From Phycisphaeraceae bacterium (GTDB lineage Bacteria; Planctomycetota; Phycisphaerae; Phycisphaerales; Phycisphaeraceae), in the NCBI GenBank assembly GCA_963674705.1, contig OY771506.1, forward strand, positions 5,216,001 through 5,280,000: 64,000 nucleotides of DNA, read 5' to 3'. How positions within the stretch are numbered: the first letter of the stretch is position 1; each line of letters starts with the position of its first letter. This document shows, piece by piece, positions 41,423 through 49,052 of the stretch. Below the pieces are notes generated by a model, which searched no databases, had not been told where the DNA came from, and saw only the letters and a list, made by a program, of their open reading frames with translations. The translations under genes and the position numbers were made by a program.

Positions 41423-42571
41423 ATGTTCCAATTCATCCTGGTCGTCCTGCTGGCGGTTTTCATATCTGCGACAGTTGTATTGGCGATCTTTGTGGCCGAG
41501 TTCTACGGCCGCGGCGGCAGGACCATCATCAGGCAGTGGCGTATCGCCCTATCAAAGCGTCGCCAGGTTAACGATGCTCTGAAACGCGCCAGCGCCGGCG
41601 AGGCTTATGCAGCCAGAACCATCCAAGAAAAACGTGTCATAGAACAAAAGATGGAGATGCTGGAGAAGAAAACAGAAGGTCGGCTTTCATGCATGGGCAG
41701 CTACATCATCTCAGAGCAATGTGGCGATCACATCAAGGGGATACGGGCAAACAACTATCACGCGAAAGAGAAGAAGATCCTTCGATCAATCGAGGTCGCC
41801 GCCAAGAACGGCTACCACCTGCCGAAGACTGAGCGCGAACAACTGAGCCGCATGCTCAAGCAAGCACACGATGAGGCGATACGGGCGGAGAAGGAAAAGG
41901 AACGCCAGGCGGAGATACGTGCACAGATGCGTGAGGAAGAGAAGCGGGAGCGTGAGTTCCAGCGTGCCATCAAAGAAGCTGAGAAGGAAAAGAATCTCAA
42001 GAAAGCAGCTCTTGAAGAAGCCATCCGGTTGCTCGGTGATCAGCACAGCGAAGAGGTTGACCGATTGAAAGCCGAACTCGCCGAAGCGGAGGCCAAGGCA
42101 GAACGAACCATCAGCATGGCGCAACAGACACGCGCCGGCCACATCTACATCATCAGCAACATCGGGAGCTTTGGAAAGAACGTGTTCAAGGTCGGCATGA
42201 CCAGACGGCTTGAGCCGATGGAGCGGGTCAAAGAACTTGGTGACGCATCCGTCCCCTTCTCATTCGACGTCCATGCCATGATCAGCTCGGACGACGCCCC
42301 TGCCTTGGAAACCCAATTACATCAGGACCTGGACAAGCACCGCGTGAACCGTGTGAATTATCGAAAAGAATTCTTCAGGGTCGACTTGAACACGATCATC
42401 CAGTGTGTTCGCAAAAGGCATGGCGAGGTTGAATATCAGGCCGACCCCGAAGCATTGGAGTATCTTGAGACACTGGCCCTGCTCGAAGGGGATGAGGATG
42501 TCGAGCAATTGATCGATCGTGATGCAGATTTGGTTGAAGAGGATATGCAGACTGACACAACAAAACGGTAA
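41423..42571 (+). CDS. Membrane-anchored DUF4041 + T5orf172 (GIY-YIG) nuclease; candidate anti-phage protein
   Basis: N-terminal TM; coiled coil (IRAQMREEEK); AGHIYIISNIGSFGKNVFKVGMTRRLEPMERVKELGDASVPF..RKEFF. Confidence 0.85.
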   Translation: MFQFILVVLLAVFISATVVLAIFVAEFYGRGGRTIIRQWRIALSKRRQVNDALKRASAGEAYAARTIQEKRVIEQKMEMLEKKTEGRLSCMGSYIISEQCGDHIKGIRANNYHAKEKKILRSIEVAAKNGYHLPKTEREQLSRMLKQAHDEAIRAEKEKERQAEIRAQMREEEKREREFQRAIKEAEKEKNLKKAALEEAIRLLGDQHSEEVDRLKAELAEAEAKAERTISMAQQTRAGHIYIISNIGSFGKNVFKVGMTRRLEPMERVKELGDASVPFSFDVHAMISSDDAPALETQLHQDLDKHRVNRVNYRKEFFRVDLNTIIQCVRKRHGEVEYQADPEALEYLETLALLEGDEDVEQLIDRDADLVEEDMQTDTTKR

Positions 42572-42589
42572 TATGCCTGGAGATTTGTT

Positions 42590-43000
42590 ATGCCCAAATA
42601 CACGGTTAGCGGGATCGATAGGGAGGATGGCGGGGTCCGCTTCACCACGGTCACAGCAAACAACTCAGACGATGCAGCCAAGATGGTCGGTTTCCAGGTT
42701 GAGAAAGTCGAGCAGGTTCATGACCAACCATCGCCGCCGGCAAAGCCGCCTTCATCAAGGACACCCAGCTATCCCGTGATGGCGATCTACATCGTTCTGC
42801 TGCTGGTGATCGGCTACCTGCTGGTTATCATTGGCTGCCTGACCTTTTTGATTTCACTGCTGCCTGCTGATGGCCATGAGGGGGCACAAATAGGTGGCGG
42901 GTTGTTCGCACTCTACGCCGTCCCTACCGGCCTTGGCCTCGCGTTGATGGGTGAGGTGTTACGAGCCTTCCGCGACATCGCACGCAATAGCTTCAGGTGA
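42590..43000 (+). CDS. Small 2-TM membrane protein
   Basis: Soluble N-terminus, Pro-rich linker, two TM helices, GEVLRAFRDIARN. Confidence 0.65.
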   Translation: MPKYTVSGIDREDGGVRFTTVTANNSDDAAKMVGFQVEKVEQVHDQPSPPAKPPSSRTPSYPVMAIYIVLLLVIGYLLVIIGCLTFLISLLPADGHEGAQIGGGLFALYAVPTGLGLALMGEVLRAFRDIARNSFR

Positions 43001-43073
43001 ACCGAGCGAATCGTTGGGTCCGCTCACACGGGCTATGGGTAACATATGACTGACTCAACACGGACGGTAAGCG

Positions 43074-43313
43074 ATGCATCAACTGCCAGATCTACCGGAT
43101 AAGAAGTGGCTCAAGCCTTGTGACCTCATGGAATACTTCGGGGTATCTAGGTCAACACTAGGCCGAATGGTGAAGGATGGCTGGCTCCGAAAACCTGACA
43201 CGAGTTTAGGTGAACGCAATCCCCGTTGGTGGGCGCCAATGGTTGATGAGTATGCCCGCCGGCAGATTGAGGCAATAGAGTCAGCACGAAAGCAGCAATT
43301 CAACCAAACCTGA
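43074..43313 (+). CDS. AlpA-like HTH protein
   Basis: WLKPCDLMEYFGVSRSTLGRMVKDGWLRKP..PRWW. Confidence 0.72.
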   Translation: MHQLPDLPDKKWLKPCDLMEYFGVSRSTLGRMVKDGWLRKPDTSLGERNPRWWAPMVDEYARRQIEAIESARKQQFNQT

Positions 43314-43393
43314 AGGTGGGATTGCCAACCAAAGTTAAAATGCAAAGGCATGACTTGCCTAGGACTTCACCGAGGCATTGAATTTACACCAGC

Positions 43394-43813
43394 TTACGCA
43401 TTTCTTTCTAATTCGACCGTTTCACCCAGGAATGAATACTGTGCGTGAATATGAAAAATACCTTCAAGCAGTGTGACGCAATTACGAACCATGATCGGTA
43501 TCAAGCAGGGCTTTCCAACTAGTTTTTCGAAGCTGATATAGATCATGTCATCTGTTTGCATTTCCTGTTTGGTAATACAGCTAATCCCTCCGATAGACAG
43601 GTCAACAGCATAGGCTTCACATAGATCCTCATATTCGCCCTCACCAACTTGGTGCAACAAGGAGACCTTGGCGCCAAAGTAAAATCGATGGTGGCGCCGT
43701 CGCTCCCTTTGTTCTTGATCACGCTTCTCCAGTCCACGTACAAGTTTACCAATGGCTCTTCGAAGTTGCTCATTCGAAGTAAGTAAATTCAACTGTGTCA
43801 TTTGCTTCCCCAA
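43394..43813 (-). CDS. PilZ domain protein (c-di-GMP receptor)
   Basis: ERRRHHR (RxxxR) and DLSIGG (DxSxGG). Confidence 0.78.
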   Translation of the reverse strand: MGKQMTQLNLLTSNEQLRRAIGKLVRGLEKRDQEQRERRRHHRFYFGAKVSLLHQVGEGEYEDLCEAYAVDLSIGGISCITKQEMQTDDMIYISFEKLVGKPCLIPIMVRNCVTLLEGIFHIHAQYSFLGETVELERNA

Positions 43814-44193
43814 AATGATCGCATGGTTAATAACTGACTCAAGTCACGTGAAAATACCAATCTGATAATCATGTGAATACTTGTACGCATACAGACACAC
43901 CACGCTAGCATTGTCGGCTAACCATTGGGCCAGTCTCAAATTGCGAGTGCCAACACCGTGTCACTGATTTACTATTTAAGTTCTATGGCAATGTAAATTG
44001 TTGCAGCATAACTTTAGTTAGGCTCTACCATTGGTAGGTATCAATGGTTGATGAGCATTCCCCGTCGGTGCTATGTGAAGTCGACCGATCCCACCGTGGT
44101 TGCCGCACTCGCAGAGGTACGTATCAACGTCAACCAAGCGTACCGCATGGTGGTAGGACCGAAGCCAGCTTACAGTGAATTATGATTCGCGAC

Positions 44194-44583
44194 TCAAGCG
44201 GTAGATTCAACCACCTCGCCACTCGCCTGCTCGCCCACGGTGACGTCCAGCATCCGCCGGCCGCTACCAGCCAGCCCGTGCCCATCGGTCCAGGCGACGC
44301 ACCACACGGGCGTCAGGGCCGGCGTGGGCGCCTCGGTGTCGTGGTCCCACACGACCAGCACGGCCCCGGTACCGCGGTCGCGTACACGCCACATTACGCG
44401 GCTGTGCTTAGGATCGCCGGGGAAGCCGGGATCATCACGCCAATGGGGTTGGCCTAACGCTTCAGCGATGCGGTCGTAGGGTGTGCGCAGTGTACCCGTG
44501 TGCTGGTATTTGATCCGCTCGGTAGTGGGAATGGGTTGAAGCTCAATCATGAGTAGTCGGCGATCCTGCTGGGTGTGGGGCAT
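44194..44583 (-). CDS. Hypothetical protein, last gene of the tail operon
   Basis: Starts 17 bp after the upstream stop; GTLRTPYDRIAEALGQP..W motifs. Confidence 0.55.
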   Translation of the reverse strand: MPHTQQDRRLLMIELQPIPTTERIKYQHTGTLRTPYDRIAEALGQPHWRDDPGFPGDPKHSRVMWRVRDRGTGAVLVVWDHDTEAPTPALTPVWCVAWTDGHGLAGSGRRMLDVTVGEQASGEVVESTA

Positions 44584-44600
44584 CTCAATCGGTCACCAGT

Positions 44601-44879
44601 CTACCGCACGTCGCGGCGTAGGTTGTAGATGTACTGAACCAATTCGGCCGATCGCCCATCTTCCTCAATCAGCTTGCGGCACATCTGCGAGTCGCCCAGT
44701 GCCCCAAATCCGCATAGCCTCTCGCCGAGTTCCGCCGCTGCGTCATGTGCTACAGGATCGGTGAGGATCCACCCCATCATGGCGTGTATCTCTTCCGTGC
44801 TAACGCCGTTGGCCATGCGGCCGACTGATTCACGGACCCGCTTCTCAAGCTGTTGAATGCGGTTTCTTACAGTGCTCAT
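44601..44879 (-). CDS. Hypothetical helical protein
   Basis: 4-bp overlap with the upstream gene; MSTVRNRIQQLEKR. Confidence 0.6.
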   Translation of the reverse strand: MSTVRNRIQQLEKRVRESVGRMANGVSTEEIHAMMGWILTDPVAHDAAAELGERLCGFGALGDSQMCRKLIEEDGRSAELVQYIYNLRRDVR

Positions 44880-45214
44880 AATGAATCTATCCCCATCTGC
44901 TGTTCAAGCTGGTCGAGGCGTTCGATCAGGTCGGCTTCGATTGGCTTACCGAGGCACCGGTCGAGTACTTCCTTGGCAGCCTGCACGTTGCCTTCAAGTG
45001 CCAGCTCCACCAGTTTCTTGACGATGTCGGTCAGTTCATCCTCGGTGACTGCGGTGAGCATAGTTGCTCGCAGCCTGTTCACTTGTTTGGCGTGTGGATT
45101 ACCCTTGCCACCCTTCCATCCAGGCAGAAAACGGCCCGTGTCGGGGTCTCGCCCATTTCCATTGGACCCATTAAGTGATGGATTCTCATTGTCGCTTTTA
45201 TTTGCCATGGTCAT
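44876..45214 (-). CDS. DUF5681-like / small terminase subunit-like protein
   Basis: GRDPDTGRFLPGWKGGKGNP followed by IVKKLVELALEGNVQAAKEVLDRCLGKP. Confidence 0.62.
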   Translation of the reverse strand: MTMANKSDNENPSLNGSNGNGRDPDTGRFLPGWKGGKGNPHAKQVNRLRATMLTAVTEDELTDIVKKLVELALEGNVQAAKEVLDRCLGKPIEADLIERLDQLEQQMGIDSL

Positions 45215-45222
45215 ATCCCTTT

Positions 45223-47400
45223 TTACGTTGCTAGCGATGTCGCCGCTTGTTCAATCAACGCACTTAACGCGTCAAGATTTTCACTGACCCGGTTCATCGT
45301 GCCGGCGTTTTGCTGGGCGTTCTTTTCTTGCTTTTGCATGAATTCACGCTGTTGTTTGAGGAACTCTCGTCCGATCGCGTCGAACAAACCGGGTAACTCA
45401 TTGATCGTGTTGCCCAGGCCCTCTACTGACTGTTTGAGTTCGCCACCGGATACAACATCGGCCGCGTTGTAGGCTACATCATCGCTCGGCTTCGCCATCC
45501 GCCGCACAGCCGTCTCAAATCCACCCGGTCGGTCTGCCCCGCCTGATCCACCGACCATCACGTCAAACATGCTTCTGTTCGCCATGTCGTCCGATCCACC
45601 GGGCTGGCCAACGGTGTGTTGATTCGTCTGCATGCCGGAGTCTGACAGTTTCAGCCCATAGAGTGAGCCGATGATGCTTTTGAATGTCGCGTCTTCGGGT
45701 AATCCTAACTGGCTCTTGATGATGCCGATGGGGTCAAACTTCGGGTCTGACTGGCTGGCACGTTCGTTGTACTTATCCAAGAAACGGCGTTGCGCCTCTG
45801 TCAGTGTTGACAGCAGGTATTTTTCAAGGGAATCTTGAATCAGCCCCGCATTCTTCGGATTCTGAGCGGCCGCTTCATTTGCATCCTTAATCCGCTTCAG
45901 CGTTGCAGGCGATCCGAAGCCGGCCAGTATCTTGTCGGCCTCCAGTTCCGTGTTGGCTTTGTCCTGTGCGATCTTCCTGATGCGCTTGCGTGCGCCGGGG
46001 TCGCTCTCGTACCGGTCCGCAACCTCCGGATCACTGAGCATGCCTTCAAGTATCCGGTTAAACCGATCAGCAAACGGGGCTTTCAGCCGCCTCTTAGCAT
46101 CGTTGATCTGCTCGGGTGTGACCTTCCCCAACTCGATCGCATTGACACCCACACCGTACAGGTCGCCCTGACGCCCGGGCTCGGTGGGTGCGAACCTTGT
46201 GGCGATGTCGCCTATCAGGTCGCGGATGGGCTTGAGTGCATCGATCTGGCCGGCAGACTCACGAAGCGCAGCCGCGCCACGTTGTAAGACACCACCAGAC
46301 GATTTCTCAGCCGCTGCCAGTGACTTCTCATCGATGCCGAGGAATTTGGCCAGGCGTGGGGCGATGGTCTGGATTCCCCGACCGATAGCAGCAGCTACCT
46401 GCTTACCCATGGCCGCATAATCGAGCGAGCCCAGAATATCGAGCAGCGCAGCCGCACCGAGTTTGAAAGCTTTCTCCAACAGCCCGCCCAGTGTCTTAAA
46501 CAGGGCCGGTCCAAGCTGGATAATGCTTACCAAGATGCCCTTGGCAATGTCTTTGCCCTGATCGCCTTGTAGGCCGGCCAGAATGTCGCCGGTAAGTTCA
46601 GCAACATACTGGATCGCATCACGCACGAAACCGATTTTGACCACCCACCGCCCTACCTCACCAACGATGTCTTTGATGTTGCCGAAAATCGCGTTGTAGG
46701 TCAGATACAACTCATCACCCTGAAGGCCAAGCCGATGAGCACGCTTTTCCAATTCTTCAACGGTGCGATTCAGGGTTTTCGCTTGCTTGGCGGCGAGTTT
46801 GAGCCCTTGAAGTTCCTCCGCGCCAACGAAGATGCCGAAACGTTTGGGCGGTTCACCGCGGGCGATCGAATTCAGCAACTCTTCGATGTCGGGCCCGATG
46901 CTGTCTTGACGACCACGCGCTACGGCCAGGACCGTGAACGCCGAAATCAATCTTTCGATCTTCTCAACAGGGACATCGAGAATGCCCGCCTGGTTTGCCA
47001 ACTCTGAAGCGCGTGCGAAATCGAGCATGCCGGCCGATGCTGCGTTGATGCGACTGATATATCGGCCCGCCACCTTCTCAGTGACATCCAGTTGTTTGGC
47101 CAGTGCCTTGGTGCGCAACTCTAACGCTGAGGCGTTGCGGATAAGCCGGTCAGTCCCCAGCCCACCCAGCCCGATACCAATGATCGCTTGGATACTGGTA
47201 AGCACTCTGAAGGGTGCCATTAGCGCCTTAGCAAGAATGCTGCCGGCGACACCGATGCCCTTGAAGGATGCCGATGCAATCCTCCCCACGGACCTGAATG
47301 CACCACCGAGGCGATTCTCGACCATGCCGGCATCACGCCGAAGCTGTTTTTCAAGCTCTCTGCCGTCTGTCTGGATTTCCGCACCAATCACGATTGCCAT
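45223..47400 (-). CDS. Tape-measure-like protein (725 aa)
   Basis: Long Ala/Gly/Leu-rich amphipathic helical protein; GAGG RBS; directly downstream of a frameshifted chaperone gene. Confidence 0.78.
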   Translation of the reverse strand: MAIVIGAEIQTDGRELEKQLRRDAGMVENRLGGAFRSVGRIASASFKGIGVAGSILAKALMAPFRVLTSIQAIIGIGLGGLGTDRLIRNASALELRTKALAKQLDVTEKVAGRYISRINAASAGMLDFARASELANQAGILDVPVEKIERLISAFTVLAVARGRQDSIGPDIEELLNSIARGEPPKRFGIFVGAEELQGLKLAAKQAKTLNRTVEELEKRAHRLGLQGDELYLTYNAIFGNIKDIVGEVGRWVVKIGFVRDAIQYVAELTGDILAGLQGDQGKDIAKGILVSIIQLGPALFKTLGGLLEKAFKLGAAALLDILGSLDYAAMGKQVAAAIGRGIQTIAPRLAKFLGIDEKSLAAAEKSSGGVLQRGAAALRESAGQIDALKPIRDLIGDIATRFAPTEPGRQGDLYGVGVNAIELGKVTPEQINDAKRRLKAPFADRFNRILEGMLSDPEVADRYESDPGARKRIRKIAQDKANTELEADKILAGFGSPATLKRIKDANEAAAQNPKNAGLIQDSLEKYLLSTLTEAQRRFLDKYNERASQSDPKFDPIGIIKSQLGLPEDATFKSIIGSLYGLKLSDSGMQTNQHTVGQPGGSDDMANRSMFDVMVGGSGGADRPGGFETAVRRMAKPSDDVAYNAADVVSGGELKQSVEGLGNTINELPGLFDAIGREFLKQQREFMQKQEKNAQQNAGTMNRVSENLDALSALIEQAATSLAT

Positions 47401-47412
47401 GATGTACCTCGA

Positions 47413-47987
47413 TTATCTGGTTGCCCTCTCCGCTTCTTGTTCACGCTTGCGGAGGATGGCGGCGCAAAACGGATAGATTCTTGTTATGTAATCGCCGTAG
47501 TTCCGTTCGATGAAACTCGCATCGACGCCCGTTACCTCTTTAATCGCACCGAGCATTGACAGCCGGTGCATGATCACACACGCACCGACGTCGGGGCATT
47601 CGGCCCCGTTCAGGAATTGCTCGGTGCCTCGGATTTTCCCTCGATAGCGTCCGCCGATTCGTCATCACCACCGGACAGGTCGAAGCCGTTGGCCTTCAGC
47701 AGTTCGTCGTTAAACCACGGACCGAACGCCGGCTCCTGATGAACCACCGCATCAAGGGCACGAACCGAGTACGGCGCGGCGTTGCCGTCTGGGGTCTCGA
47801 CGCCTTCCCACTTGAGGACGCCAACGCCCTGCTGGGCCAGCTCTACGAACACGCCACCCATGCCGCCGTTACTGTTGGCCAGCAGCTTTGTTCGTTGCGT
47901 GTGGCCCAGCCGTTTGAAGGTGACAGTGATCCCCGTTGGCTCATGGGTCAGGGTGGTGGTCTGCTTGTGTTCAGCATTCAGTTTCAT
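47413..47987 (-). CDS. Tail assembly chaperone, frameshifted long form (gpGT-like)
   Basis: -1 slip at G GGA AAA (47640-47634) opens 73 further codons ending at TAA 47413, 12 bp before the tape-measure ATG. Confidence 0.72.
47610..47987 (-). CDS. Tail assembly chaperone, short form (gpG-like, 125 aa)
   Basis: VLKWEGVETPDGNAAPYS motif; ends EGKSEAPSNS; AAGGA RBS before ATG 47987. Confidence 0.75.
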   Translation of the reverse strand: MKLNAEHKQTTTLTHEPTGITVTFKRLGHTQRTKLLANSNGGMGGVFVELAQQGVGVLKWEGVETPDGNAAPYSVRALDAVVHQEPAFGPWFNDELLKANGFDLSGGDDESADAIEGKSEAPSNS

Positions 47988-48054
47988 GTTCAGTGTTCCT
48001 TGCCGGCTTGTGTGACACCCAGCGGCCACCGGCGGGCCGTGGGCTGGTGAGTGT

Positions 48055-48306
48055 TCATGTCTCGCGTGTCAGCGTCAGGATGGCCGCACGCCGGCCGGGG
48101 GACATCCGGGCCAGGGCGTTGATGTGATCAACCACCGCCGCCCTCTCGGCCTCGGGTATGGCGTTGAGCGCGTCGGCCAAGCCATCCAGATCAGGATTGT
48201 GAATTGTGGAAAACGCAGGCAGTGCGCCGCATTCTGCGCCGCCTACATACGAAAAGTCGATATTTCCCGGGAAATCGTAGGGGTGTTCACACCCTCTCAC
48301 GGTCAT
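48055..48306 (-). CDS. 83-codon ORF starting in the attR core; alternative integrase C-terminus in the excised circle
   Basis: Begins MTVRG, the same codons and frame in which int crosses attL. Confidence 0.55.
   Translation of the reverse strand: MTVRGCEHPYDFPGNIDFSYVGGAECGALPAFSTIHNPDLDGLADALNAIPEAERAAVVDHINALARMSPGRRAAILTLTRET
48223..48242 (+). promoter_or_regulatory. Putative integrase arm-type site pair (right arm)
   Basis: TGCGCCGCATTCTGCGCCGC, 50 bp inside attR. Confidence 0.7.
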
Positions 48307-48307
48307 T
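48293..48307 (+). repeat. attR core CCTCTCACGGTCATT
   Basis: Exact duplicate of the tRNA 3' end at 27559-27573. Confidence 0.9.
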
Positions 48308-48358
48308 CGGGATCACATTTGCTTAGCTATCGTTTCACTTCCAGATCGGTAACGCATA

Positions 48359-49018
48359 TCAAGATTGCTCTATAGAGCAATTGCAGAGATTGCGTTGTTT
48401 ATATTTGATTGTGACACCGCCAAATCCAACGAGCAGGCCGGTGGCTGCGCCGACTGCGTGTGCTAAGGGGACGGGCACGAAGCCGCCGGCAGTGTGGTCG
48501 GCGAAGAGGGTGGCGGCGGTGATGCTTTCGTAGGCCACTTTCGCACCGAACAGCAGTAGCAATAGCAGGTATGAGGCAACCGCTTGCCAGCGTTTCTCGG
48601 CAATGGCGGGACGAATCAACATTGATATCAGCAGTGTAAACAAGGCTGAGTCGAGGCCGGACAACCCGCGGTAGGAAGTGAGTTCGGGGGCAAACATCCA
48701 GACCGTGATAGTGATCAAGAGCGTAGAAGCTGCCAAGCACGCAAGCGTGCGAGTTCGGCTGATGCGTTCACAGATCGCGCCGAGCAGCGCGAACATGGTC
48801 AGGTCCCAGAAGAGGTGGTCGGTGGAAAAGTGCGTCCAGTGGCACGTGATCAGTCGCCACCACTGGCCTTGCTCGAATAACGATCGCTGGAACTGCAGTG
48901 TGGTGGTCAGTGATGGAATCGCGTAGATCACAAGCGCGCATAACGACAAGAGCAGCGCGGCGCCCGGAAAACGCCGCGCTGCTGATTGATCGGATTGGGT
49001 TGCGAACGTACGCATCAC
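48359..49018 (-). CDS. rrtA: Rhombosortase (rhomboid-family GlyGly-CTERM processing protease)
   Basis: GQWWRLITCHWTHFSTDHLFWD, YRGLSG (catalytic Ser), AHAVGA (catalytic His); adjacent GlyGly-CTERM gene. Confidence 0.82.
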   Translation of the reverse strand: MMRTFATQSDQSAARRFPGAALLLSLCALVIYAIPSLTTTLQFQRSLFEQGQWWRLITCHWTHFSTDHLFWDLTMFALLGAICERISRTRTLACLAASTLLITITVWMFAPELTSYRGLSGLDSALFTLLISMLIRPAIAEKRWQAVASYLLLLLLFGAKVAYESITAATLFADHTAGGFVPVPLAHAVGAATGLLVGFGGVTIKYKQRNLCNCSIEQS

Positions 49019-49052
49019 GTCACCTTCCTCAAAGAATCCGATCGTTGAAGAC

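Larger units (their letters stand above)
27559..48307. mobile_element. tRNA-integrated element (~20.7 kb), putative phage satellite
   Basis: 15-bp direct repeat at both ends; integrase and xis at the left end; replication, regulatory and tail-related genes inside; host-type genes resume outside. Confidence 0.9.

Noticed and set aside
27559..48307. Complete prophage or conjugative element
   Set aside because: No recognisable capsid, portal, large terminase, tail tube, lysis, relaxase or T4SS genes between the att sites; a decayed prophage is not fully excluded
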